Shown: positions 13,550 through 28,417 of the stretch, piece after piece
Layout of the letters: every line of letters starts with the position of its first letter
Numbering within the stretch: position 1 is the stretch's first letter
NCBI RefSeq assembly: GCF_009914755.1
Contig: NC_060926.1
Source of the DNA: the human T2T-CHM13v2.0 reference genome, Homo sapiens
Reading direction: 5' to 3' (one strand)
Length of the DNA stretch: 64,000 bases
Notes under the pieces: generated by a model
Databases searched by the model: none
What the model saw: only the letters and a program-made list of their open reading frames with translations
What the model was told of the DNA's origin: nothing
Program-made: the position numbers and the translations under genes

Positions 13550-14310
13550 AGTGTCAGTCTGCTTTGGGGAAATAATTGGTTTCTTCTAGCTCAATCAGGA
13601 TTATTCTTTAGGAGCTGTTTTTTGTATTTATTACAATCCCATTTAAAGTGACCAGCTTCCTTGCAAAAATAATAAAGAGCATTCTTTTGTATCAGGCACT
13701 GTTGTGTCTTTTGCTCCTTAGATTGGGCCTGCTATTTGGCAGAAGGCTCCTGAGCTGCTTTATGTGTGGGGCCATGAGTTTTGCTGTTTCTTCCTGACAT
13801 TTGAATGTCCTCGCTGCCTGAATATCTTTCTCCTTTTCTATTCTTTTTGAGAGGCGATCAGATATGGATGCCAATTCATGCGGCCTTCTAGAGGTCCAGT
13901 CAGCATCTTGTTGTTGAACTAGAGTTCTAAGGGTCTCTTTGAGCTGTGAAAGAAAAAGCAAATTGAAACGCTTGGCTGTGATTGTTTAAATCCTTGATGC
14001 CTGAATTCTGTCTGACAGTTTTTTTTCAAATCAATTGAGAAAATCAAAGACTGGCTCATCCCTTTTCTGAATACATCTTTGAATAGTCTTCCAGTCGACC
14101 TGATGTGGCAAAATTAACTGAGATAGTCTTAATCAGCTCTGTAATCACTTCCTCAGCCTTTTTAAGAGCCTCTTCTTCTGTAAACTAGATCAGTGTCCAG
14201 GTGTGTCCGACCCACCTGATTTATCCATTCTTTAGCTAAAATGTTTCCCGCCAACATTAAAATGAGCTGATAAACACTGGGAAGTTCTGGCTGATAGACA
14301 TTTATAATTA
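13550..14310 (-). pseudogene. ERV gag remnant (capsid C-terminus and nucleocapsid), 5'-truncated
   Basis: Zinc-knuckle remnant FCKEAGHFKWDC at ~13633-13668; MHR-like IQRCIQKRDEPVFDFL at ~14036-14085. Confidence 0.85.
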
Positions 14311-14679
14311 AACTAAAATATTGTTCAGATTCAAATGAGTTTGTCTTGGGGTTTGGGAAGTTTTTGACAATAGATATGAGATCAGTTTTAGACTGAGGAG
14401 TTTTAGACTTTTGCTGCTTCTGATGCTATTAACCAAATGACACTTTTTGTCTTCATTCAAACTTCTCAGTAAAGAGAATCTGATTGGCAGGCTAGAGATG
14501 TAGTAACTTTCACAAGCAGTAAAGCATTGTGTCATTTAAAGGAGATTTGTAGCAATTAGATTGCTAACTTTCCATATTATTAAATGTTCGTGGCTTAAAA
14601 AATTTGGCCAGTTTTCATATTGATATCCTTCTCTTCAATTAAATATATGGCATAGGTTATAATAATATATATTTTCCTA

Positions 14680-15620
14680 GTGGATTAATTTTTAAAATGA
14701 TTTCAAAACGATTTCAAACACAGAAAAGTTGCCAAGTTGAACAAAGCATTCCTGTATTCCCAGGTTCCCCAGTTATCAACATTTTACTGTATTTGTCCCA
14801 TGTGTGCACTGTGTGTGTGTGTGTATGCATGTGTGTGTGTGATCTTTAGTCTGCTCCTTAACCTTATGAGAGCAAGCTGTAGACATCATGTCCCATCACT
14901 TCTAAGTGCTTCAGTATGCTTTTTTCCCTAAACAAAGATATTCTTCTATATAACCAGTATATACAACACTCCAAATCAGGAAATAAGCATTGGTACATCA
15001 CTGTCATTCAGTTTATAATGTCATCATTGTGAACTCAAAAATAGGCCTTTTTCCTATCTTGTCCAGGATCCTGCCCAGGAATATATATTGCATGTAATTT
15101 TCATGTCTCTTCGAACTTCTGCATTCTGGAAAAGTTCCTTAGTCTTTCTCTGTCTTTTGTATCCTTGACAGTTTTAAAGCGCATAGGCCTTTAAGTAGGA
15201 TATAGATCCTTCTGGTGTTTCCTCATGACTGGGCTCAGTTAATGCATTCTTGGTGGAATGCTCAAAAATGATGCTGTGTTCCTCTAAGAGCATTGCGTTG
15301 AAGGCACAAGATGCTGACTTGTCCTGCCATTTGGTGGTGATAATCTGGATCACCTGGTCATGCTAGTGTATGCCAGGTTTACTGTTTCCCTCTGTGTAAT
15401 TGATTAGTATTTTGTGGGGAGGTCTTCCAAGGTTTTGCCAACATCTTGTTCCTTATCAAATCTCTCTCCACCCACATCCAATGACAACTTCCACCTGAAT
15501 CAACTACCCTAAGATGATAGCAAAATGATGCTTTCTACTATTTTCATCATTCTTTTCACATTTATTACTTGACATTCTTTTCTGAGAAAGATCTTTCTTT
15601 CCTCTTCTCTTCCTCCCTTC
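14680..15620 (-). mobile_element. Old L1M (L1MC/ME-like) 3' fragment
   Basis: Diverged L1M 3'UTR-type sequence (acagaaaagttg, gacatcatg, aaatcaggaaat). Confidence 0.55.
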
Positions 15621-16305
15621 CTCATTCTCTTTCTTCTCTGGGAAAGTTTTTTTTCAGATTTATAACCATTAGATATTTCAAGTTGCTAACTGTGCCTTAA
15701 GCATAGGTAATAGTATATTTAACACATACATTAAAAATGAGCTGATATGGGAGTCATGCCATCTATTCTTAGACAGTTACCTATTTAAAGTTGTATCACT
15801 GAGCATGAAGGGAGTTCTTGATTTTTTATTTGCTTTTGTCTGTCCATATTCTGTGATTGATTCTGATTCACTGCGTTCTAATTATACAGTGGAAAAGGAT
15901 GATGCTGTAAGCTGGTAAATCCTTTCTCAGTAACTGATGGCCAGAGTTTGGAAAACATTGATTTACAATAGGGTTGTCTAACTCAGTGTTTGAATAAATG
16001 TATAACTTTAGGGCACCTAGTGTTGCTTCCCTGAAAGAATCAGCAAAATCTGGGTAAAATAGCAAAGCCTCCTAGGTTGAAACAGTTGGGTTGGGCTAAG
16101 TTAAAAATTGATGAATGATCTGTAAAAGGTTGGGTTAATTGCATCCTCAGGCCAACATATTCTCTTAAGTCAAGTTCACTTTCTCCCTAGATCAGGCTTG
16201 AGTGAACACTTTTATCTCTGCCTTGGAGCCACTGCCTCTCCTTTTAATCTTCCATCCTTTATTAAGCACCTTCAATGCACCCCTTCTTAAAATATTTTAG
16301 TGTCT

Positions 16306-16650
16306 AAAAAATGGTGAGTTCATGTCCTCTATAGGGACATGGATGAAGCTGGAAACCATCATTCTCAGCAAACTAACACAGGAACAGAAAACCAAACACC
16401 ACATGTTCTCGCTCCTAAGTGGCAGCTGAACAATGGGAACACATGGACACAGGGAGGGGAACATCACACACCAGGCCCTGTCGGGGGGTGGGGGGTAGGG
16501 GAGGGGAGAGCATTAGGAGAAATACCTAATGTAGATGATGGGTTGATGGGTGCAGCAAACCACCATGGCACATGTATACCTATGTAACAAACCTGCACGT
16601 TCTGCACCTGTATCCCAGAACTTAAAGTATAATAAAAATAAATTAAATTT
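16306..16650 (+). mobile_element. L1PA 3' end, 5'-truncated
   Basis: gggacatggatgaagctggaaaccatcattctcagc...cttaaagtataataaaa; degenerate TSD aaa(a/g)tat(t/c)ttagtgtct. Confidence 0.95.
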
Positions 16651-17550
16651 TAAAAAGTATCTTAGTGTCTGAAGTCAGATTACTGTTAAGTGTTTTTAGA
16701 TTTGGGGGCCAATTTGTCCTTTAGGTGACTTTTTATGTCTCTTATCTATCTTGAGTTAATTGTGGAGTTTTACTTTCTAGATGGTAATTTAAGTGGTAAT
16801 CCCATTTTCTCTATTGCCATAGTTTTTGTGTACTCATACTGGCTACAGAAGAGTTCAGACTAATTCATTCTTGGCAGAATCTCTCTTCTAATTTAAGGGT
16901 TGATTCTATACCCTCAGTTGACTTCTTAAAGGCCCCTGCTGATTTGACCAAATACTCCATTTATTGGACACAAATTCAAACATTCTTAAACAGTATCACC
17001 CAAAATGATGTATCCTGAATTACTTTTCATAACATGACAACAGCAGTAAAACCCATGGAGAGCAATAACCATTTTCTTTTTATTGTAAAATTACCTAAGC
17101 TAAAAATCACCTTTAAGTTAATGCCATTAAGACAACCAGTTTCATTGTTGAGCACATTGTGAATATTTACAGCCCCAATTTTCCACTTAAATTCCCCACA
17201 TTTATTCCAGTTTTTATATTGAAAAACAATGGGTCTATGAATCAGGTGACATTTAGGAAGGATAGTGGTGGCCAGACCTGCATCCTGACCCTGCCTCCAT
17301 CATTCAGTAGCTCTGGCACTGGGAGAAACTTGTGTTCTAGTTCTCAGTCTTCATCTATGAATGGGAATGTCGGGTTAATCATGTCTGAGGTCTAGCTCTT
17401 GTGGTCTATATATTCTAAATAATGGATGAAATTATATAATAGATGATGAATCTCAGTGTTTGTAGAGTATTTGGTATACTGGTACAGTTTAACATAAAGA
17501 AAGACTGCATTAAGGCCAGACCAGCGGCTTTCTTTCAGAAGACAACAGTA

Positions 17551-17690
17551 GGGTCAGGTGCAGTGGCTCACGCCTGTAATCCCAGCACTGTGGGAGGCTG
17601 AGGCAGGAGGATGACTTGAGGCTAGGAGTTTGAGACGAGCCTGATCAACACAGTCAGACTCTGTCTCTACGATAAACAAACAAACAAACA
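17551..17690 (+). mobile_element. FLAM / Alu left monomer
   Basis: Single Alu arm with (CAAA)n tail; flanking cagaagaca repeat. Confidence 0.85.
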
Positions 17691-18059
17691 CAGAAGACAG
17701 CTATGTTTAGATTTGTGTTGTTTTAGTTTCCAAACTGTTTATCTCTTTATTTCCTTATGTATAAAAAGCAGGTAACAATAACATGCCCAAAAAATATAAT
17801 CACAAGAAAAATTTTAAAAATCAGTAGTATATTAGGTGCAGTACTTGATATTTTATAATAATTGGTAAAAAAAAAAAAACCAAGTTATCTGATACATAGG
17901 ATTAGATTCTTGCAAAGCCTAGAATCTGATCCCATGTATTTAAAAAAAAGCATTTTTATTCCTCCATAAGGATTAAGTGGTTTAGACAGTAGTTTTAGTC
18001 TATACATTTCAGTTAACAGAACCCAGAGGCTTGTTAGAAGATAATTTGCTGATAAAACA

Positions 18060-18385
18060 ACAGAGCAACTTACAGTCCTGCAAGCTCCATTCATGGTAAG
18101 TGCCCTATAAACAGATGTACCATCTTTTATGTTTTATAAACAGATATTTTACCATACATTTTCTATATTCGGATGTGTTTAGATTCACAGATACCATTGT
18201 GTTGTACGGTAATGTGCTATGCAGATTTGTGTCCTAGGAGTAATAGGGCAGACCACATAGCCTAGACGTGTAGTGGACGATACCTTCCAGGTTTGTGTGA
18301 GTACACTCTGTGTTGTTTGCACGATAAAATTGCCTGACAGTGCATTTCTCAGAGCATGCCCTGATCGTTAAGTGAAGTGTGACTG
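18060..18385. mobile_element. Tigger3-like DNA transposon fragment
   Basis: cctgcaagctccattcatggtaagtgccctata...cgttaagtgaagtgtgactg terminal repeat. Confidence 0.75.
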
Positions 18386-18529
18386 TGTTGTCATCAATAA
18401 GTATTTGTTTTATAAAACCAAGAGCTATGATTACATTTCCTTTCTTGTTCAGTGTTTTTTTCTTTTTCCTGGAGTCTGTGAGTTTTTAAAATTTATATTG
18501 TTTGCTTTCTGCACCATTATCATTACTAT

Positions 18530-18800
18530 CATCTTGGCCAACTTTTATTAAGGGCTCAATGTGCTGGGTAATTTCTAACTGTTTTACGTGCATTAACTAA
18601 CTTACAATAAAATAAAGATAAAATTTTATAAAAGGTAAAATAAAATAAAATAAAGCCTTACAATAACCTTAGATGAGAAGATTGAGGAATAGAGACAAGC
18701 TAAGCAAAGTCCACAGCTATACAAACACTAAGTGGTAGAGCTGGGATTTGAACCTGTCTTGTGTGGATATAGCACCCTCACTGTTTATCACTTTGCTGTA
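18530..18800 (-). mobile_element. MIR SINE
   Basis: agatgagaagattgagg...gtggtagagctgggatttgaacc. Confidence 0.7.
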
Positions 18801-19619
18801 ATATCTCTCTCCACAGATTCAGAATGCTAAATTTCTCAAATCTCCTTTATTCTTGCTGCCTCTTTCCATTCTCCTGTCCCAATCTGGAGTAATTGATTTT
18901 CTGCATATGCTACACAGCCATCTTCTTAAGTCTCCATTTCTCCTTGGTTGGGTCCATTTTTTCCTCCATCCTGTACCTTCTCCTTTCATGATTTAATTCT
19001 ACATTTTGTTAGAGCACATCTGTAAATAACTTCCTGGAAAAGGAAGTTTAAAAAATAAATGTCCTGGGTTTTTGTATTTTTTCCTTTTGTTTACTTTTCT
19101 TATCCATCATCTCCCATTGAATTGATAGTTTGGCTAATTGGAAGATTCTGGGCAGAAAATCATCCTCCTTCCTTTGAAACTTCGAAGCCATTGCTGTATT
19201 GTCTTTTTGCTTCCTTTGTGGCTGAGGAGAAGTCTTCCCTGTCTGATTCTCTTTCCTGTGTGTCTTATTGGTGTTCTGAAATTTCCCAGTGTTGGACAAG
19301 AGTTGGTTTTGTTTTCCATTGTGCTGAGCATTTGTGGGCCTTTTTAGGCTGAGGACTTAGAAACCTCAGCTTTGGGCTATATTCTGGTGTTAATTCTTTG
19401 AAAATGTCTTTATAATCTCTGTTCTTTTTTCTAAAAATGGACTCTTTCTAGTTTGTTGGAACTTCTCAATTAATCCTGTTTTTCTTATTTTTCCGTTTGT
19501 ATTTAAAGTTTAAAAAATTTGGAGTATAATTTACATACAGTTATTCATTTTAGTGTACAGTTTTATAAGTTTTGACAAATGCATTTAGTAGTGTAACCAC
19601 CACCATAATTAAGATAAAG

Positions 19620-20142
19620 GATTCACAATAGCCAAAAGGTAGAAGCAACCCACTTGTCTATCAGTGGATGAATGGGTATACAAAATGTGAGACATACATA
19701 CCCATATGTGTGCATGCACGTGCACACACACACACACACACACACACACAGGAATATCATTCAACCTTAAAAAGGAAGGGGATTTGAATACATGCTACAA
19801 CAAGGGTTGAACCCTTAGCACGTTAGCCTAAGTGAAATAAGGCAGTCATAAAAGAAAAACTGCTGTATGATTCCACTCATATAAGGTACCTAGAATAGTC
19901 AGATTCATAGAGACAGAGAGTAGAATGCTGGGTGCCAGGAGCTAGGAGGAGAGGAAAATGGTTAGTTACTATTTAGTGGGCACAGAGTTTTCAGTTTTGC
20001 AAGGTGAAAAGAGTTCTGGAGATGGATGGTGGTGATGGTTGCTCAATAGTGTGAATAATCTTAATATCACTGAACTGTATAATTAAAAATGGTTAATACA
20101 GTAAATTTTTTGCTGTATGTATTTTACCACAATTAAAAAAAA
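19620..20142 (+). mobile_element. L1MB-like 3' end with internal (CA)n
   Basis: attcacaatagccaaaaggtagaagcaaccc...gtatgtattttaccacaattaaaaaaa. Confidence 0.85.
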
Positions 20143-20387
20143 GATATAGGACAGTCTCATCACATATCTCCCTAAATTCTTTTTCTTTCATATTTTTAAA
20201 ACCACTTCATCATCTTTTTGTTGTATATCCTGAGATTTTTCTTTACTTTATTTTCCAAACCTATTGGTTTCTTGTGACATTTCAGTCATCATAATCTTTT
20301 TTAAAACTTCAAGATGTTTTAATGTATTCTGATTGTTCCTTTTTCAAAGATCCTTGCTCATCTATCATGGATGCAGTATCTTCTTGA

Positions 20388-20736
<349 letters not shown>

Positions 20737-20919
20737 TCTACAGTTATTTTCTTCTGGGGATCATTTTATTGTTGGTTTGTACTTTTCTCTCATTTTTAAT
20801 TCTGCAGTCTCTCCTCAAATATTTAGTTCTCCTTGGTTACCCTGTATATTTGAGATTGGGGCACTAAAATGTTAATTGTGAGCTGTGTGTACAAGAATGA
20901 GGTCTGCTGAGTTTTTTAG

Positions 20920-21530
20920 AAAACCTTTAGTTTTAGAATAGTTTTAGATTTATAGAAAATTTGTAACATTAGCACAGAGTTCCCATTTATCCTTCTAATT
21001 ATTTCCTATATTGTTAACCTCTTACATTAGTGTAGCCCATGTTACAATTTATGAACCAATATTGATACACTGTTATTAAATGACTTTCATACTTTATTCA
21101 GAATGTCTTAGTTTTTACCAGATGTCTTTTTTTCTGTTCCAGGGTCCCATTCAGAATACTACATTACATTTAGTCACATCATCTTAGGCTCCTCTTGGCT
21201 GTGACGTGTCTCAAACTTTTCTTGTTTATGACTTGAGCAGTTTTGAAGAGTTCTGGTCAGGTATTTTGTAGAATGTCCCTCAGTTAGGGTTTGTCTGATG
21301 TTTTCGAACCATGACTGGACTCAGATCATGGGTTTGGGGAGGAAGACCACAGAGGTGACATGCCATTCTCACTCCATCATGTCAAGGGCATATACCACCG
21401 TGGATGTTGACCCCGCTCACCTGGCTGATGCAGTGTTTGCCAGGTTTCTCTGCTCGAAAGTTAGCACCGCCTCCCTTTCCATACTACAGTCTTTGGGAAG
21501 AAATCACTATAGCAGCTGACACTTAAGGAA
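20920..21530 (-). mobile_element. L1MC 3' fragment
   Basis: ttttagaatagttttagatttatagaaaa...gaggaagaccacagaggtg. Confidence 0.8.
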
Positions 21531-24500
21531 TGGTTTCTCTTCCTTACCTTTCTTTGTCTCTTACTCTCTCTGTTTTCCCTTTTATTGTTGCTCCTGAGGC
21601 TGTTGGAACTGGTTGCGAGGTGGAGCCGGACCAGAGCTAGGGAGAGAGAGAAAAGGTCATTCTTCCAAATCTCACCACCTCCCCTCAGCTTTGCCTTCTC
21701 TTCGTCCCTATTCTGCTGCTCCCTAGGAAGTGTTATGCCCAAAATACAAAGTGAAAAAAACCCTGTGCTTGACACTACCTTGTTATGCTCAAGCACAATT
21801 TCTAAAAATTATGGAGGAAAGGGAAATAAATGATAGTAATTTACGGTGTTGTTATTTGCCATTTTCATTCTTGACCATTTCATTTGAGGAGTCTGGAAAA
21901 AATTAAATGTTTTTCTGAAAGCTTTTTGACAGTTTAGTTACGAATAGTCAGAGTCTGTCAGGCCAAATTTTAAACCCTTCTTTGCTCCCCATGGCCTTAA
22001 AAATTTCCCAAAGAAGTGTAGTCATCTGAGTACTGCTGGAAAGATAGACCTGCTCCCTCATGCCAGCCCCCTTCCTTAGTGTGTCTCTGTTCCTTCTACA
22101 TTGCTGTCAGCTTCACCTCTAATATGGCTTGCTTTTCCTAGATTTAATTGGATCCAACCATCTATAATAGCCATTTATTGATTACAAGTAATTCAGGATA
22201 GGGCCAAGAAAAAGGCACAGGTGAGATACATGCTGTCAGTCCTGGGGGACCCCACCTTCCCCACCACACACTACATAAGGTTTCCTTTTTAAGCCTTAGA
22301 ATATGGGACATGATTGCAAATTCAAGTGGCTTTGGGGAAGGTTTACTTATTAGCAAGAGTTCATTGCTTGCCAAATGTGCTCCTCCAAACCACTAAATCA
22401 GATGTTATAGACGAGAGAGAAGAACCTGCCTCCCTTGGGTTAGACATACTTCTTTGGGGTGTTTTTTCTTTAGAAAACAACTGCTCAGATAAAGAGGAGC
22501 AATGAGCAGTAGAAAGTGAAAATGAGTCCATTTCCAGTAGAAATTAATTTCTTTGGTGAAGATAGAGAACTTTCAAGAATGGCTATAGAATTAGAAGGGA
22601 CCTGTGAGATCATCCAGTACCTTATTTTCACAGTTGAAGAAGTTGAATCATATAGTTCACTCGGCCAGCATAACAAGACTGACTTTGCAGCACCATCTGA
22701 AACAGATCAGAGCTCACCTGGGTCTTAGTTCTGAGCAACTTCCACCATGATGAGTGGGTTCCAGTAATGTATGTATCCACACATGCATATGTGTGTAATG
22801 AGAAAATAATTTCTTTGTAATTGGTTTTTGATATTGGAAGCTAGATAATAGGAATAAAATGAGATTTTAGTATTTTAGACTTTCTCCTTAACCTTTAAAA
22901 TTGTTACTGCCATGAACATGGACTCATGTAATTATTTTACTGAATAGTTCAGTTGTCTATATTTTAAGAATTGCAAGAGAACATATTCCACAATTTAATC
23001 ATTAAGAATGAACAATTATGTATTTTTTGCCAGTTACATGTTAACACACAAAAACATAACTGGATTGCTCAAATTAATCCCCTATGTCCAAGCCCGGCAT
23101 GTAAATTAAGAAAGTAACTTTTGACCTTTTCCTTAAGTGTAATTTTGGTAATTTAACTATGTAGTCACTGTGGGAAAAAAAAAAAGGAAAATTCTTTAAA
23201 CTTTAAAGATGGTCCTGGCCCAGAATCTTTGAGAACATTTGAATTCTCATCACCAAGTGGGGAGGGGAATTGATGTGGAAAGTGGGGACCACTTTAAGTT
23301 CATTGCTAAACATGCCAGCAAGATCATGATCCATTCATTTTCCTAGGCTTCTGGTTCTCAGGCTTTTGTCTCAGGAGAAAAGTAATTGGCCCTGTTAAAA
23401 GGAGACTTTGACAAGTAATTTTAAGAGGCATATTTTGAGCATTACTAGCAACAGAAGGAATGCGGTATTTTAGAAGTCAGGATCAGTGGGTTCCAACTTG
23501 CTTGTGAAATTGGGCTACTATTTTTGAAAGTACTTGTTGTGCCAAGAAGAGAATCTGTAACGAGGCAATTTTGTTGGAGAAATTGTCTGTACTGTAGCTG
23601 ACACTACTCTGTAGCTTTCTGGGATCCTATCTCTGGTGACTTTTTTGAGAAGCACCAGCTCATGGAGATGACTGTCCCTTGCAGTATAAAAGAATGGAAA
23701 AGAAAGAACTCAGACCCTTTCTGTTGGACATTCTCCAAATGGAGGTGGAATGTCAGAATTCAGCAAATGTTTGTATTGACAGCTTAAGCTCCATCTTGAA
23801 ATTTGGAACAATGGGCCAAGGCTTCCATTTTCAATACTTTAGTCTCCTTCTTGCAGGTAGTTTCCAGAATATTCAAAACCACTTACATTTTCCTTGATTA
23901 GAGGTTTGCCACGTGGAAATGGGATTGGTGGGCCTAGCTTGTGGGAAGAACACAGGGCTAAGATGTCATAACATCTTCCTCTGCAGTTCAGAGAACCAGA
24001 CTCACCCACCATGGAATCAAGTCATAGAGTAGAACAGAACCCTATAGATCACTTAGGGGAGTTTCCAACTTCTGCTGGAACATGTCCAGAATCAGGCAGC
24101 TTAATAACAATTTTATATACTATGTAATATCATATAATAAATAATAATATTGTTATTTGATGTCAGTAATAATAAATTACAATAGTGGCTGCAATTTTTT
24201 GAGTGTATAGCGATTAAGGGAGCAGATTCTAGAGCAAGACTAAATGAATCTCAGTGCCATATTTCTTTGCCATACGACTTTGAAATCAAGTTGTTCAATC
24301 TCCCTGTGCCACAGTGCCTTCATTGATAAAATGAGAAATGTTGTAGTCAGTACCTGCCTTTTACAGTTATTTTGGGGATTAAATGAATTGCTAGGTGTAA
24401 GTTTCTTGGCGGAGCGGCTAGCCCAGAGCTGTTACGGTAAATATTCCCATATTAGAAATAAAGTAAGCTAAGAGTTGTTATTTGATATGCGACCTTAGGC

Positions 24501-24916
24501 CTGGAAAGAGCTGGGACTGAAAACCAAACCCGCCCATGTGTGAAGCCTCTACCTTTTCTTATGCTTTCTACATGTTGCCTCTTTGTGTCACAGCAGCCCA
24601 TTTAGTTTCTGAACAATTCTTGTGGAAGTCTCTTTTTATATTCAGTTGAATTCTGGCATCTTTTAGTTTTGCACTCTTGATCACAAGTCTGTCCAAATAT
24701 AGGGCTTTGTCCTAAAATGGACAAGAAAAAGTATACATTGAGGCTTTCTCCTCCCCTCATTAATGTTAGGATAATGAGCCAAATGTTTAATGGGTGTTGT
24801 TTGGACTCTGGAAATCTTATGATTTGTAGAAAAGAGGAACACCTGATTTGGAAGAGTCTTATAGGAGCCCAAATGGACCAGAACTGGGTCTCTTGTTGAA
24901 ACAGTTTATTTTCTCA

Positions 24917-25414
<498 letters not shown>

Positions 25415-27139
25415 CTAGTGGGGCAAAAGTAGCCTCAACTTCCATGGAAAAAAAGAGACACAGGCATCTTATCTTTTTTAACTTAAAAATCCTGCAAAAT
25501 TTTTTCTTGGAACTGGAATTAATTTTAAAAAACCATAAAAATAAACTGCAGGGGTCTGAGAGTGTAAGAGGTTACTCCCTTTTTGATTATTTGTTGGAAG
25601 ACAACCTCTAAAATTTTGGAGGGGAAAGTATTCCTTTCATATTTTATTTGGCGGATATATACAGATGGCACATTCCTTTTAGACTAGAGAAAAAATTAAG
25701 ATGCGTGCCCTTAATCATTGAAATGGCACAATAGTGTATGATGGCGATAGAGCAGAGATTTTTCTCATGACTAATTTTGCAGTGAGTGACTGTTGTTGAT
25801 TTGAAAATACATAACCGTTTTAAAGGACATTAAAGGACGTGTCATAATTTAGTCATTGTTGTTTACGTTGTTATCTTTCACTTATTTTTCATTGGGAATC
25901 TAGTTTAGGGCCCAAATCTGAAAGTAAGTTGTATTTTTCTTCCTCTGTGCTGTAAAATCGAGCTGGCTCTACTACACAACCTAACATTTGATTATAAACT
26001 GTTTTTTGGTTGTTTGGACTTGCAATTCTATAAATTCCTAGAAGGTGGGGGAATACTTTTTTATTCCTCTCTTAACAGTAGCATAGGCTCAGTGTCTTCT
26101 GAAATTGTATTTGAACTACTTATATAGGAAGATAGTCATTAAAGCACTTCACCCAAGCATAGGAAAATAGCTTTGCCTATGTGTAAGAAATGATTCTTGA
26201 AATCTATGGGATTTCTGAATATTTCATAGCTAATGCTTAAATGACTTACTCCATACTTTGCTAGAAATCTCTATGTATATGTTTGTCTTCTTCTCTTCCT
26301 GCCTCCTGCCTCTCCTTCCTCCCACTCCCTAATTTTTCCTGCCCTTATATGACTGGCGTCTCCCAGGCTCAGTTCTGGGTACTCACACAGAGCTCTCCAA
26401 GCTCTCTGACGTGATCCCTTGGTTTCAACCAATACCTCTCTGCCTAGTGTTCCTACAGCTGTGTCTGTAGGGCCTCTGATCACTTAGTCTTTTTGCAGCC
26501 ACCACAGTTCCAGCTGTCACTAATACTGACACATTGAAAATGGATCTGTTTCTCTCCCTGCAGAGCTGATGTCTTTCTAAGTTGCCTTTCTCTGTTAACA
26601 GATGGGTGCATCTCTGAGGCTGACCGTTGGTATTCTCTTCCTCCTTTATGCATCTCTCCCAAGTGTCTTTGTTCCCCGTGGCCCTCCTCCCACCCACCTC
26701 CTTAGCATTTTGCACAGTCAGCAGTTCCCAACCTGGCTGCACACTGGAATTGCCCGGGGAGCTCCTGACAAAGTCAGTGCCCTGGTCCCACTTGAGTTGA
26801 GTCATAATATGTTTCAAAATCCTCCAGGAGATTGTGTTGTGGAGCAGTGTTGAGGATCACTGCTGTAGGTGTGCAATAAGAATTTTTAACTAATTGAACA
26901 GTAATTTTATGTACATCATAAATATGGGTTAATGTTTTGGTGCTGGTTGATATTCCTTAGAATGCTGGCCTTGGTAGCATTTTTCAAATTGTTTTCCTGA
27001 CCATATATCATAAATTATATTGGTTCTTGGCAATACTCTGCCATATATAGAAAAATATATTGGGGAGTAGGAGATTCCTTTTTAAAGGGATGTGGTCTTA
27101 AATAAAAAAGCAATAGACATTTATAATATAATTTTCTTT

Positions 27140-28365
27140 TAAAAATTTTTTTAAAATCTTAGATTCAAGGGATACATGTACAGTTTTGTTGCATGGGTCT
27201 ATTGTGTGATGCTGAGGTTTGGGTTTCTAATGATCTGTCACCCAAGTAATGAACATAGTACTGGATAAGTCATTTTTCAGCCCTTGCCCTCCTCCCCACC
27301 TTCCCCTTTTGGAACCCCCAGTGTTTATGGTTCCCGTCTTTGTGTTTGTGCGTACCCAATGTTTAGCTCTCACTTGCAGTATTTGCTTTTCTGAGAACAT
27401 GCAGTATTTGGTTTTCTGTTTCCATGACAGTTCACTTAGGATAATGCCCTCCAGCTACATCAACGTTGCTGCAAAGGACATGATTTCATTCTTTTTTTAT
27501 GGCTGTGTAGTATTCCATGGTGTATATGTATTAGGTTGGTGCAAAAGTAATTGTGGATTTTGCCATTACTTTTAATACCATATTTTCTTTTTCTAATCCA
27601 CTGTTGATGGGCATCTGGGTTGATTTGTCTTTGCTATTTGACTAGTGCTGTGATGAACATACAAGTGCAGGTGTCTTTTTGGTAGATGATTTATTTTCTT
27701 TTGGGTATTTACCCAGTTATAGGATTGCTGGGTCAAATGATAATTCTATTTTTAGTTCTTTGAGAAATTTTCCACAGGCACTTTTCACATGGACTAAACT
27801 AATTTGCATCCCCAGCTATAGTGTATAAGCATTCCATTTGCTCTGCAACCTCACCAACATCTGTTAGTTTTTGATTTTTTAGTAATAGCCATTGTGTCTG
27901 GTGTGAGATCTTATCTCACTGTGGTTTTTGACTTGCATTTCTCTGATGATTAGTGATGTTGAACATTTTTCATATGTTTGTTGTTGCTCATTTGTATGTC
28001 TTTTGAGAAGTGTCTGTTTATGTCCTTTGCCCACTTTTTAATAGGGTTGTTTTATTTTCTCGTTGATTCGTTTAAGTTCCTTATAGATTCTGGATATTAC
28101 TCCTTTGTTGCGTGCATAGTTTGCAAATAGTTTCTCCCATTCTATAGGTTGTCTGTTTACTCTATTGATAGTTTCTTTTGCTGTGCAGAAGCTCTTTAGT
28201 TTAATTAGATCCCACTTGTCAATTTTTATTTTTGTTGCGTTTGCTTTTGAAGACTTAGTCATAAATTATTTGCCTGGACCAATGTCTTAGAAGACTTTTT
28301 CCTAGGTTTTCTTCTAGGATCTTTATAGTTTAAATTCTTACATTTAACTCTTTAACATTTACAAT
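27140..28365 (-). mobile_element. L1 (L1PB/L1MA-like) 3' portion
   Basis: Antisense L1 3'UTR and ORF2 C-terminus. ORF 28038-28262 reads [27 protein letters not shown]. Confidence 0.92.
27531..27576. mobile_element. Half MADE1 (Hsmar1-derived MITE) in L1
   Basis: ttaggttggtgcaaaagtaattgtgg TIR; TA on both sides; interrupts the L1 sequence gtatatgta|ccat. Confidence 0.85.
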
Positions 28366-28366
28366 A

Positions 28367-28369
<3 letters not shown>

Positions 28370-28417
<48 letters not shown>

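Noticed and set aside
21540-21760. Purine/pyrimidine-rich patch with a few CpGs and overlapping ORFs
   Set aside because: Too few CpGs for an island; low-complexity ORFs with no homology I recognise.
23200-23900. Apparently repeat-free stretch with TATAAAAG (~23685) and a 72-aa ORF
   Set aside because: No CpG island, recognisable protein or convincing exon structure. It might be regulatory, but the sequence alone does not support that.
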